Source: Moniliella sp. 'wahieum' (lineage: Eukaryota). From it: a stretch of 64,000 nucleotides of DNA. Below, in pieces: positions 25,705-38,286 of this stretch. How positions within the stretch are numbered: position 1 is the first letter of the stretch; each line of letters begins with the position of its first letter. A program made the position numbers and the translations under genes. Where the stretch lies: NCBI GenBank assembly GCA_003971905.1, contig RSEE01000048.1, positions 372,001 to 436,000 of the forward strand, written 5' to 3'. The notes beneath the pieces were generated by a model. That model did no database searches. It was not told the origin of the DNA and saw only the letters and a program-made list of their open reading frames with translations.

Positions 25705-28700
25705 ATGGCCTCAGGCTCCCAAGGCCTCTGCTTAGATCCCCCTCCTTTCCAGTCGCCCCTTCCTCCTCCCGACCCACTTGCACCCCCTGCGCTCCATCCC
25801 GGATGGGTGCTCACCTCTGCCCCATCGCCCATCGCTGGAGGTCACCCCCTCCGGTACGCCGTCTTTGCCCGCCCCATGGAGCAGCCGCCCCATGGTCGTG
25901 AATACCGCCGCATTCGCCTCGCTAATGGGCTCGAGGCACTCCTGATCCGCGACGTCCAGTCTGTCCATGCTGGCGCCGCCTTGAGTGTTGGCGTCGGAAG
26001 TCTGTGTGACCCAGACGAGTTGCCGGGCTTGGCTCATCTCTGTGAGCACCTCCTCTTCCTTGGCACCGAAAAGTACCCCAACCAGCACGAGTACACTGGC
26101 TTTCTTTCCCAACACGGCGGCGACTCGAATGCCTTTACAAAGATGGATGAGACCGTATTCTATTTCGCCTTGGTCGCGATCATCTCGAGGGTGCTCTGGA
26201 CCGTTTCGCCCAATTCTTCATTGCCCCGCGTTTCGACAGCGATTGCACTGAACGAGAAGTTCGGGCTGTTGACAACGAATTTAAGAACAACGTTCGTGTA
26301 TGTTTTGCCCCCTGTGCTTCCCTTGGCCTCGTCCTGATGTATTGTTTCGTCCGCTCACTATTCCTTGTCCTCCCAGTTGGATGCCCATCGTGAGTTCCAT
26401 CTGATCCGCAGCCTCGCCAGTCCACATCACCCGCTTCATCGCTTTCTTTCGGGGAACCTGGAATCGCTATGGACCACGCCACGCAAACAGGGCATCAATG
26501 TGCGCGACGAACTACTCCGCTTCCATGAGCGCTACTATAGCTCCAACCTAATGAAGCTCGCTGTCGTGGCGCCCGATCATTTGGACACTATGACTGAGAT
26601 GGTCGTCTCCCAATTCTCTGCTGTTCCCAACAAATTTGTTCCTCGTCCCAGTTTTGGCCCCGATCCGATTGATGCCAGTGGGCTTGGAACGGTGGTGAAC
26701 TACCGGCCAATAGGAAAGCTGATCAATCTTCGTCTTATCATCTCCATATCCTATCTCAAGCCTCACTGGCGTAGCCAGCCTGGCCCTTTCTCACTCACTT
26801 TTTCGGTCACGAAGGTCCCGGATCCATCCTCGCCTACCTTCGCCGACAAGGTTGGAGCAACTTGTTAACCGCCGCTATTTTTGGCGGGGCTGTGGGCTTT
26901 GACTTTCTCCAAATCAGTATGCTCCTCACTCCCCAAGGGTTGATCCATTGGGGCGAGGTAGTAGCCGCGGTATTTGATTATGCCGACTTGTTGCGCACAT
27001 TCGTCGAGCACAATGGCGGCACGTTCCCCCAATGGGTGTTTGACGAACAAAAACAACTGAGCGAACTCAGTTTCACTACCAGCACGCGTCTTGGCGCTGC
27101 CTTCACCGCCATGCAACGCGCCACTTCTTTGCATGATGATCTCCCCCCGAATGGACCTTAGCCGACTTAAAGTACCGAGAGATGAACCCCCCCCTGCTCT
27201 GTTCCTTGCTGGACCAAATCCGCCCCTGGCGAGCTCGCGCTTTTCTTGCCGTACCTGCGCCCCTCTCTGAACCGACCACTGGACCGAGCCCGTTGCCGCC
27301 ACCGACGGAACGGGAGAAATGGTATGGCACCGAGTACTCCGTTTCGCCCTTCCCTTCGTGGATTGCAGATGTACATCGTCCACGTACCCCCGGACTTGCT
27401 TTACCCGGACCCAATCGGTTCATCCCCCACACTCTGCGCTCAGTTGCCCCCAAGACGCGTTTCTCTGACACGTCCTCCCCGCTCCTCTTGTCCCATTCCC
27501 CGTCTTCGGCTCTGGTACCAACCCGACCTGCACACCACCGAGCCCAAGGCGAACCTGTGGCTGCGATTCAAGTATTCCCAACCCCCATCACCCCGTACGA
27601 GAAGATGGTGGTGCGCATGTACTTGGGAACGATGCAAATGGCCCTGTCCGAGTCTGTGTACGACGCACAACTGGTCGGTCTTCGAATATTTCCTTTACCT
27701 GGCAACGGATGCGCGGAGATTGTTGTGACGGGGTGTTACAGCGACACGTTGGGATCCACTCTCCGTAGCCTTCTCGAGCACATCAAGACGTTCACCCCAA
27801 CCAAGCGGCTTTGGATAGTGTGATGCACCAGCTTCGCACGGCATGGTCTGCCTTTGAGGCGAGAGAACCATATGTGCTCTTGGGTAACTATTTTACTTGG
27901 TTCTTCCAAGACGATTCATGGCTTCCTCCTCAGCTTCTACAGTCATTGGAGCAGCTGGATGCGATGGATGTGGTGCGGTTTCGGGATGAATGCTTCTGCG
28001 CGGACGTCGGTGGACCTCTACGTGAATGGGAATTGCGATGAAGAGGTTGTGCTGGCGATGCAAGACATGGTGACTGAGATCTTGCCCCCGCGCAGCCAAT
28101 CCTTGATGGACACCGATCCCTCACCTGGACCGTACAGCCTCCTGCTCGACCCGCACACCGACACCCTCCTCCGCTTCCTGGCGAGCGACGCGAATCAGCC
28201 CAACTCGGCTATCCTCTGGTACGTCCAGATGGGCGATGTGGCCCGGACCGACGTGGTTATGCACGCTGCGCTAGAGTTGCTGGTCACCATTGCTCAGCAA
28301 CCGCTGTTTGATGAGCTGCGCACCAACCAGCAACTGGGCTATCACCTTGCCGTGTCCTCCTGTGTGCACGCCAACAGTCTCGGCTTGGCCATCAAACTGC
28401 AATCGGAGTACACGGTGCGTGGGCTGCGCAAACGAATCGAGCACTTTCTGCGGGACCAGCTTGCCTCGCTCCTGGACACCATGTCGTCCGAATCCTTTGT
28501 CGCCCGCCGCTCCGCTCTGGCCGAGCAAACGGTCGCAGCCGACACGCTGACTGCCGAACCCCAACTGCTCGCGGTGCGCGATACCATCTCGACCAACACA
28601 TTTGATTTCCACCACGGCCGCCGCCTGGCCCAGGCCATCCAAGCCACCTCCTTGGCCGACCTGCAGCGCCTGTTTGCCACCCACGTCCACCCCGACAGCC

Positions 28701-29005
28701 CGCACCGATCCAAGTTGATCATCGAGATCGAATCGGCTCACGCTAAGCCCCTCCGCGGCCGGCCCCCGCGGGGCACCAGCAGCCCCGCTAGTCCAGCCAC
28801 GTCTGGTGCGACACTGGGCGTAGGCGCTGGCCAAGCCAGACCTAGCGCGCCAGGGCACAGTGCTGTCCCCCTGACGCCCCTTCCGCAAACCACGGTCCAC
28901 TCGCTGGCTGAAGCACAGGCGCTGCGCAGCCGCCTCCGTCGATCCTCCCCTGCTCGGCCGGTGCAGCCGTGGGCCCAGTACACTCCCTCTCCTGCATTGG
29001 TATAA
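25705..29005 (+). CDS. STE23: Insulysin/pitrilysin-family (M16A) zinc metalloprotease, Ste23-like (intron 26298-26376)
   Basis: [47 protein letters not shown] (HxxEH), [50 protein letters not shown]. Confidence 0.88.
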
Positions 29006-30113
29006 GTTTAGCTTACATGGCCCCCGTGGCGCATGGGCGGCCAGGACGGTTTAACTCCATTGTGCGCATCGGCCCGTCGCCCTTCGGTTGCTTGTCCGGC
29101 GCTCCATCCCCATCCCCACCCCACTTTGCGCTTTACGCTTTACGCTTTTGGGCGTGATGCTTTTGTGCCCGGCGCTCGCTCGCTGAGGATGCTTGGCTCG
29201 TACGCTACTTCCTCGGGGGCGCTGCTGGCACAGCACAGCACAGGAAGAAAAAACGCACTGTACCACGCTGGTGCTGCATTTGCATTTGCATTTGCATTTG
29301 CTTTGGCACGACCTTTTCGCAGTCGTGAGGCAATCCATGGGATGCCTACCGACATACCCATAATCACTACGTTGCCAGGTGTTTGGCTTGCACCTGGTCC
29401 CCCCCGGCGCGTATGGTTCATGACTTGTTCGACAGACCTGGGCTGGCACCATAGCCTGAGCGGTGTTGATCCTGAGCGGTCGACGAAGAGTAGCTGCGGC
29501 TTTTGTTCGTACCACAGAACGGATCGACATGCATTAGACTTGGGGAGGTTGCATCCCTCACTACATATGCAGATGTTACCGTGTCGCTTATAGCACGCGA
29601 TGTTGCCTATATATAAGAGTTCCGACGTCACTCAAGAGAAAGAAAATAGTGCTTGTATGCCTCATTCCACAGCAACATGGCTGGTGGCTACAGATGAACA
29701 CAGGACAACCAGGACGATACTGAGTAGGCCGCGGCTGCAGGCAACAGATGCCGGTTATCAAGCATCGCGTGTGCTGTATTATGTACCAAGCACACAAGCA
29801 GAGAGGATGTTGGGGGAAGTGGTTCAAGTTCTCGTGAGGATTGGCATCGCATATATACACGCATTGTACTGTAAGCGAAGACAAGAGAGAGGCGATACGG
29901 TTCGACGCGGGAGAGAGTCCGCAGGCTCAAGGGGCGCACGCTACTGCCAAAGAGGCATAATACATTCCACCCTCTTCCAAATCTCTGATTCCCGCGCTTG
30001 GCCCACAGCCTCCGTTCCCATGCTTCGCGTCAGGGCCTGAAACCAAAAACACAAGCGAGAGAGGAGGGAAGAGGTGAGGGGGCTACAAACAGATGAGAAA
30101 GGGAGGGGTGACA

Positions 30114-31721
30114 CTAGGCGCTTGTCTTGGCCCGCCCTCCTTCCCACGAAGCATCATAATTGGATACAAAAAGGAAGGGCAGCACCAAGAAGCAGATCAA
30201 CACGCTGGCCACCGAGCCACCCAACAAGGAACGTGCCATGGTGATGTGGTGCGGGGTGGCATAGGCGTGCTGGCCTTTGGTACGGTTGGTGTGGTTGGTA
30301 TGATGCGGTGGCCGATCGCCTGGGTTGGTGGTATTGGTAAGCCAGGGGTTGCGCTGGTCAAATCCATCGTAAAAGAGCCGCTGCAAACTCAGGTTGGCCG
30401 TGTAGACGGCAAAGTCGAGGTGGGTAGTGTTGGCCAAAAAATCCGCCGTGTGCGAGGCTGGAACTGACCGCCAAGTCAGTGGCGAGCGCCGAAACAAAGT
30501 TGGCTCCGCGATCCAGATGATTGGACCCTTGCCATTGAGCCTGACCCGACGTGGCCCCCGTCCCAATATCAAACAACGCCAGCGCATACCCCACTGTGCG
30601 GGTCCGAAAGCGGGCCACAACGTCGGTGCCATTGTTGTGCATCACGTCCCGCCGGGCATACGCTGGGACCTTGGTCGTGTTTTGGTGGATGCCGTAGGGC
30701 CAGGTATCGTACGTGTCCGTCGTGCTGGTGTTCACATAGGGTCGTTGGGACGTAAGCCAGGCCCAGGAGCCCGGGTTGCCAATCCAAAACCGCACGTTGC
30801 TATCATAGTACTTGGTCTTTTTGAGCAACGCATACCGTTGCGCCCCCTGGCCGCCCAGCGAGTGGCCAGCAACAACGACCTGGTTCAGGTTGGGAAAGGT
30901 CGTGTTGTCAAACAGGGTGTCAAGCAGCGCATCCAGCGCCTCGTAAGCGCTTATCTTGTGTTGCATGGGCGGATTGCGCGCCAGCCCGCCCATTTGCCAC
31001 AAGGATTTTTCAAAGCACAGCCAGGCCGGCAAGCACGATCCGGCATTCATGTCGTCCATGTTGAGAAAAGCCGGACCGATGATACCGACCGAATCGTTGG
31101 TAATTCCCCACCCGTTAAAGGGGGGAATGTCTGGGTGGCGACGATGATCTTGGCACTGTACATGTACGCTGCATACTTCCAAATGTCCCGTGGCTTGCCA
31201 GGCAGAACAACGACAAAGCGCTTGATTTGGGTAGGGTCGGAATACGCTTGGTAATAGGGTAAGATGCCCGACTCGTTGTGGTACTTGTTCCACACTCTCA
31301 AGCTCGTGTTCAGTGTAAAGCCAGCAACGTCGGGGAGAGCTTGCCAGCCAGACGCTTGGCTACCGTTAGCGGGCGCGTCCACCGGGTTGGCCAGATTGGC
31401 GTTCCAACTGTACTGAATTCCATCGCCCGCAACCGACTGGCCCTGGACGTACGCGAGATTGCCATTCGCCGTGCTCTTGACCCCAGGAAGGTTGTCTGCC
31501 AGCTGGGCTGCTTCTGCATAGTGGCCCTCTTGCATGTCGGCCGTGATGGGCGCCTGCTGGGCATCCGAGGGAGGAAAAGCTGTGTTGGCGCTGGGAGAAC
31601 CAGACCCGGTGCCAGCTGGATCTTGGCGCGCATCTATCCGCCCGGCCACGGCACCTTGTTGGGCCAGGGGGGCAAGGAGTGCTATTACGCACGACGACCA
31701 AAGGAGCAGGTTGGGACGCAT
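30114..31721 (-). CDS. Secreted, C-terminally anchored alpha/beta-hydrolase-fold protein
   Basis: Signal peptide MRPNLLLWSSCVIALLAPLA; VLPGKPRD; nucleophile elbow VVVAGHSLGGQGAQRYA; IGNPGSWAW; C-terminal TM LLGGSVASVLICFLVLPFLF. Confidence 0.75.
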
Positions 31722-32744
31722 GTGCTGTTTCTGCACGCGAAAGAGGAGATGAGAGCAGAGAGGGGAGGGACGGCAGTAGGCGCGGTGGTGGTGGGTGGCT
31801 GGACGAAGTGTCAATCCACACCCTATCCAGCGTCTCTGGGATATGGACATGCCAATAAGATGTGTGGGGTGGGAGCGGGCGCTGGTACGAGAACAACGAG
31901 AACAGAAGCAAAAATAGGCTGCGTATGCATCAGGTTGTATCTAGTACTGTAGCTATGACAGTATCTCTAGAGGCACGTTCGTTGCGAGGTATCATACAGA
32001 GCTGACTTTCGCATGGGCCCTGCGGCGTTTGCCGCCGCCCTCCGAAGGAGGGGTGAGGGCGTTGCCACCGTCTTACACTGGCCTTGTCCGCCTCCTCTGC
32101 TCTGCTTTTTGCTCTCGGGTATTATATGGACTCACTTGGGCCCCACAGCGCTGCTCACACGAGCAGGCATCGCTTGTCGTCAGCACCTTTCGCCGCCACC
32201 CTATACATATGTTCGCCGGCACCTCCGAGGCAGGCGCCACCTCAGATCCCCGCAACCGACGCGTCCGAGACCGACCCGTGTCAAGTCGGGTGGGCTTCCT
32301 CAAGCTTGGTAAACACTGTTGCCAACATTGGGCGGGGAGGGGGGTGGGAGGGAGCGCTGACGTGTGATGGCGTGGTGGCGTTGCCGTCACGCGTCACGCG
32401 TCACGACCCTTCTCAGAGCGACGTCTCGAGTTTTGCGCTATTGCCTCGCTACTGGCGTACTCCTGCTGTTTTCCCAGACACCTCTGCCAACTTCACCTTC
32501 CGGCTACGCCACGCGCACAAGAAGACATCGTGACAGGTAACATCCATCCACAGAGAGTGCATTAACGGAGACTGAGCATGGGTGGGTGGGTAGGCCGCGG
32601 GTAACGAGAAAAGGGTGAATAATAGAGAAACGCATCTGTGTGAGGCGAGAGGAGGAGAGGAGAGAAGAAAGAGTGGAGATACGAGTGGAGTGGAGAGGGG
32701 TGCAGAGGAGAGGAGAGGGAGAGGAGGAGAGAAGGCGCCCAACT

Positions 32745-34437
32745 TCAAGGCTCGTCCATCGGTTGGAGTGCGGCGGTGGTGAGTTGACGAACAGAGAGCT
32801 TCCCTTGGCTCGGCTGTTGTGCCAAAACGGGCTCCCACCACTGTCCCACGACGGCTCCCGTTGCCGCCACGGCGCGGGCGGGAGCAAGTCGCGCCATGTC
32901 CGACGGCGCAGCGAACGGGTTGGGGTTGCACATCGGTTCGGAAAAATTGGTCATGCTCTCCAGCGCTGGCCGGCGCGTAGAGGGCACGGGACGCCGGCCC
33001 AGCAAAAACGAAAGTCGTTGCTTGGATTCCTGCAATAAGCCTCCACGTTCCTTGGGAGAACTCGAAAGCGAAGACTTGCTGGTGCTCGCCGTCGGCACCC
33101 GCACCGCATCCCTCACCCCCCACGCATTCAGCAGCACCGATAGATTGATCGTCTGCTGGGCGTGGGGCCGAAGGGCAAAACTGCATTCGGTCCCCGGACC
33201 CAGAACAAAGATTCCGCCCGGCGCCGACCGTGCCGCGGGGGAAGGGCGAAGGCGACGCAGGTTGGGCGTACTCTTTGCTGGCCGCGGTGTCAAAGTGGGT
33301 TCGTCAGCGTACCCCTTCAGACCCAATGCTTCGGACGCTGTGCGTTTGGGGTCGACATAGAGCGGCAAGGAGAAGGAGAGCGTGCGTTGGAGCGCGGCCA
33401 GCTCACGAATCGAGCCAGGGCCAACGACCAAGAGGGAGAGACCGGCGCGGGCCAGCGAGCTCGGGTGCAATTGGGCTAGCTCCTTGAGCAGCCTTTGGAA
33501 CGAGGGGCACGTCCAGGAGGAGGGGAAAATGACGACCGTCTTCTTGTCCAGCAACGTGGACAAGCGGACCGCTACGCCATCCTCCTTATACACCACCGCC
33601 CTCCCGGCATCTGCGACCTCCTGGGGAAGAGGGCGCACCTCTTCCAGTTGACCATCGTGCTCTGCTTCCGCCACCGCCGTCGGGGCGCAGGCAGCAGACT
33701 AAAGTCCACCACGGCCGAATCGGGCGAGGCTACGGAATCGACGACCGGCACACGGGGTCCACTCGGTTTCGTCCCTTTTTGCAGGGAGGTGCGACGGGCG
33801 GTGCGCACGCGGCGAAAGTCGCGCGGGGTGAGAGCCTTCGGAGGTTTGGCTAGACAGGTCGAAGCTACCGAGACAGAGGAGAGCGCGGTGCCGAGCGTGT
33901 CACACGACTGGCCATGGACAAGGGAGTGGGTCCGATCGTACTCGGACGCGGACGCGGCCGAGGTGGTGTCGGAAACAGACAAGTTGTCCATCACAGGTGC
34001 TTGCTCCCGTTGTGCCTCGGGCGAGTGGGCACTGGCCACGGCATCGGGCTGGGCATAGGCCTCAGAACCGGTGTCGAGGTGGGCGCCAAGCCACTCGCCT
34101 GCGTCGGGGGGGAACACGCTGGGCTCCTCCACTGCGGACTTGGACGCAGCGCCCCAGCGCGCCAAGACGGGGAGGGAGGCGTTGGAGGGGAGGCGGTGCG
34201 GCGCGGGCTCGGTGCGGCGCGGGCGACGGGAAAAGGTGCTGGGAGAGAAGATCTGCTGGGTGTCGGCGTCGGCAGCAGGAGACGGCTCGGGGGGCTGGGG
34301 CGCGGCGGGGTGGGTGGCGGGGACGGTGGTGCGGCTGCTGGCGTCGGTGTGGGTGGTCTGGGTGCTGAGGGCGCTGGCGGCGGTGTTGGAGCGTGCGCGT
34401 GTGGGCGGCACAGCGTCGGGTGCGGGGAGCTGTGCAT
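32745..34437 (-). CDS. AhpC/TSA (peroxiredoxin-like 2) domain protein with long low-complexity N-terminus
   Basis: VYKEDGVAVRLSTLLDKKTVVIF...CPSFQRLLKELAQL..AGLSLLVVGPGS..LYVDPKRTASEALGL..GGIFVLGPGTECSFA. Start codon uncertain. Confidence 0.6.
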
Positions 34438-34895
34438 GGGAGGGGGGGAGGCGGAGGGGGAGGGGAGGATGCGGAGAAGGAGGAGGAGGAGGAGGAGGTG
34501 GTGGTGGGTGGTGGTGGTGGTGGTGGCGGATGGATGGATGAACGCGGCCGCCACGCAGCCGCTGTGTTCGCCTGCCAGCTGCTGCCGGCTGCCGCCTGCT
34601 GCCGCCCCATTGTCCCCGCTGGGGCTGGCGGTGGTGTACGTCAGCACGCCTGCCGCCCCGCACGCAGGCCAGCCTGCAATTTCAAAAGCAGGTGGCTCCC
34701 TGTCGAGTGTGACATGTGGCATGTGACTAGTGACGTGCACCGTCGCACATCACATGTGACACGCCCACTTCACATGCTCCCTTCGCAGGCCACATGCTCG
34801 CAGCACCGCCACGCTGCCCATCGCGAGGAGCGCCGCCGGCGGGGTCAAGTGACTGTCCAGCGCCGAAGAGCACCGGCAGCGATCGCCCCAGCGCC

Positions 34896-37334
34896 ATGCG
34901 CCCCTCGCGGCCCCCCAGCAGCGCCTCCACCCCCGCCCGTCTGCAGGCCCACCGCCGTCGTGCCTCGCCTGCGCACCCGCAAGGTCCGATGCGATCGCAC
35001 CGGCGACCAGCCCTGCTCCCACTGCCGCCGCCGCCAAGAGGCCTGCACCTCCCCGCCGCCCCCACCGCGCACCGACCACCCAGACACGCTCCTCCTCGCC
35101 GACCGCGTCCAACGCCTCGAGCATATCGTGGCCCGTGCAGGCCTCGACCGCCGTCCGTCCTGCTTCGGTTCCCCGTCCTCCCTATCTTGCCCCGCCGAGC
35201 AGGACGGCGGGCCCGCGTCTGCTTCTGCCTCTGATCCTGGCGGTGCTTCCGATCCAGCTGCTGCTTCCGGTCCAGCTACTGCTTCCGATCCGCCTGCTTC
35301 CACCCCCGCCCCAAGCGCCCCCGCTCCGCTCGCCATCTCCCTTGGCAAGAGTGTCGTTCAGGCCGTCTCCACAGTCCGCGACCACGACGGCTTTGACCAT
35401 CAGATCCTCAATCCCCTGCCCCCCGCCCCCTTCCACAACCACCCCATCTCCGACCGCCTCTCGCATCCTCGCAATCCGGCCGACGCACCTCTGCTGTCTG
35501 GTAGCAAGCGCGCCCGACGCCCCTGCACTAACCACAATCTGGCCCAGCTGCCCACGCCGACGAGTGCGATATCCTGGTTACCACTTACTTTACCCGTGTC
35601 GAGTGGCTGCACCATGTCGTCCACGCGCCGTCTTTTATCTCGTGGTTTGACCAGTTTGCGCGTCAGCGCCAACGCCCCAATTTTGCCGCCTATGCTGCCG
35701 AACAATGGGCTGCGTGTGATTGGCAGCAACTGGCCCTTTTGTTTGCCATGCTCTGCCTCGGCCTCTTGTTCGATACGACCATCGATCCAGCACGCCATGC
35801 GCGCGCGGCGGCGCTGTACGACAGCTCGTGTCTGGCCTTGGACGAAGGGCAAGCTATGGACCACCATACGATCATCTTGGTGCAAACCTTGATTCTCCAT
35901 GGTCTCTGGCTCAACGACAATGGCCGCTCCGACCGGCACCACGTCAACTTGGCTGTCGCACTTCGTGTTGCCCATCTTGCCGGCATTGCGCAGCAGGACA
36001 AACCCGGCTGGAACCCGAACCGCAGCTGGATCTGTTCCGCTTGTCCAGACCCGAGTGCGATGGACTTGACGCCGGACGCGGTGCGCGAGATGAACCGACG
36101 TGTGTATTGGAGTCTGGTGTGCCAAGATTATTATACAGCGTCCTCCTGCAGCTTCACCTACCACGTCAACCCTCACCAAATCCATATTTCCCACCCGCAC
36201 AATCTAGGCGACGACCAACTCCTCTCCGCCCCCGCTTCAGTTTCGATCCACCAACGCGCAACGTCCGCCAGCTACGATGTATGCAAGATCCCATTTGCCC
36301 AGACAGCGCGCGAGTTTGTCGACCTGGTCAACGACCAAGTGCGCTATCAGGACATTGTGTCGCTCGAGCAGCGTGTGCCGACTGTGGGACGAACTGCCGC
36401 TCTCTTTCGTCAAGAGGTGCCCCCGCCCGAAACCCACTACGAACGCTTCTTTTCAGCGCCCACGCTCGCGTGGCAACGTCTCTTTTTGGCCATCACCAAG
36501 GAAAACCGAATTTTGCGGTTGCATCGACCGTTTGTGGTGCGCGGGCTGCGCGACGAAGCCTATGCTGGCTCCACCCGCTCCGTCCTGGCTGCCGCGGTGG
36601 CGCTGCTCAACTTGGGTCGCCAAGGTCGCGCCCTCGCGTTCCCAGGCTTGCGGTGGTGGGTGGTGCGCATCCACCTCTTCACGGCCGGCGTGGCACTGTG
36701 CATTGGCCTGCAAGCCAGCCGGGCCAAGCTTCCGGTCTGTTTGGCGCCCGAGGTGATGCGCCAGTACGTGGGGCATGCGATGGATCTCTTATCCGATGGC
36801 CTCGCCTGCAGCCCCGCTGCCACCTCCGCCGTGGAGATCTTGCAGTCGCTCTTGCAGCACGCGGGGTACGCTCAATCGCCCTTCCCTTCGCCGTCCCTTT
36901 GCCCAGGAACTGCGTCTGCACCTGCATCTGCATCTGCATCTGCATCTGCGTCTGCATCTGCGTCTGCGTCTGCGTCTGCGTCTTCATCTACATCTGCATC
37001 TACATCTGCGCCTGTGCCTGCCTCTGCCTCTACCTCTGCGGTGGTGCCGTTTCCTTCCCCGTCTGAGCTGGACCGGGCACTCCCTTTACCCGCCCCCGAC
37101 GACGGCCTAAATTTCCCCGCTGCGCCGCTGCCTGTGCGCGTGCCTGGCCCGGTACCCGCCCCGGTTCCTGCTGTATCTCCCTCCAGCCTGCCGCCCGCGC
37201 TCCATGTCCCGCTCAATTGGCTGACCGAATGGGCGCCAGCGGCGCCGCCGTTTACCGACGATGAGCTGATGGAGGTGCTTGATACATTTTGGAACGGCAC
37301 TGCTGGCACGGGCGCGCCTGCTCCGTCAGCTTGA
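34896..37334 (+). CDS. Zn(II)2Cys6 fungal transcription factor with fungal-specific TF middle domain
   Basis: SCLAC(R)TRKVRCDRTGDQPCSHCRRRQEACT; later FTRVEWLHHVVHAPSF, LLFAMLCLG, EMNRRVYWSLVCQD, ILRLHRPF; Ala-Ser repeat tail. Confidence 0.88.
36912..37040. repeat. Coding (GCRTCT)n Ala-Ser repeat
   Basis: gcatct/gcgtct units encoding ASASAS.. in the TF C-terminus. Confidence 0.85.
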
Positions 37335-37959
37335 CGGCACGTGTGGTGCCCCCCATCGGTGTGGGTGGGCGAGTCCGATCGACTGGGGCCCTGACAGAGC
37401 TGGGCTTCTGTCCAGGTGTTGGGTTTCGGTGTTCGGGCGGGAATGGGAGATGGGAAATGAGAGATGGGAGTTCGGATGGATCACATTGGATCGTGGTTGT
37501 TAGCGAGGTGCGCAGCCAGACGGATCGATCCGACCTCGTTGCCCTACGGGAACACTCCGTGTTGCCGCCCAGATCTCGCCTCCCCTGTTGTAACAGCTTC
37601 TACTTGTCCCCCCCTCGCCGCTATATTACCACGAACGTACCGCCATCGGGTCGAGGGTGTGTTGGTGTTCCTCTATTTATCCTATCTGTCCGCTCTGTTC
37701 CTGCTATCCGCTGTTTCAGCTCTCTCGCGAGCCAGGATGACTCCTTTACATCGAAGCCCTGCAGTGTGGGTTCTAACTCGCTCCAAGCGGAGCAAGAGGA
37801 AGGCAGTCAGTCTACGAGTCTATAAGACCACGTCACTCCGCAACCCAAGAAAAGAACATATAGCCTTGTTGCATAGCCATGTTTAGCGCCGGACGGAGGG
37901 CCGGCCGAAGGCCACCCACGGTTAGCCTCCGCCCCCCCTGCCCGTACGCAAGCAAAAAG

Positions 37960-38053
37960 TGACTTCGCCCGGGCTCGAACCGGGGACCTTATCCGTTAAC
38001 GTACGCGAGGCTAGTGTTAAGGATACGTGATAAACCAACTACACCACGATGCC
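37960..38053 (-). tRNA. tRNA-Val(AAC) with 19-nt intron (37996-38014)
   Basis: GGCATCGTGGTGTAGTTGGTTTATCACGTATCCTTAACA[intron]CGGATAAGGTCCCCGGTTCGAGCCCGGGCGAAGTCA, followed by a T5 terminator. Confidence 0.95.
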
Positions 38054-38286
38054 ATTGACTGAAGCTGTCCACCGATGCGTCCTCGGTCGTTTTGGCGCCG
38101 TTCTGCTTATGTGTGGTAACATGGTACACGAGCAAAAATATGGAAAGGCCGACCCAACCCACATGCTACGACAACCGACCGACCATCTCAAATGTACGCT
38201 TCGTTCCGTCCGGGAGCCAAACGAGAGGGGGATGAATAGATTGTGCATTGCCGAGTAGCCGATCGGCGGGGGAGACACGTTACGCG

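Noticed and set aside
29050..30050. ORFs between STE23 and the hydrolase gene
   Set aside because: Convergent intergenic region; no motifs or splice-supported structure.
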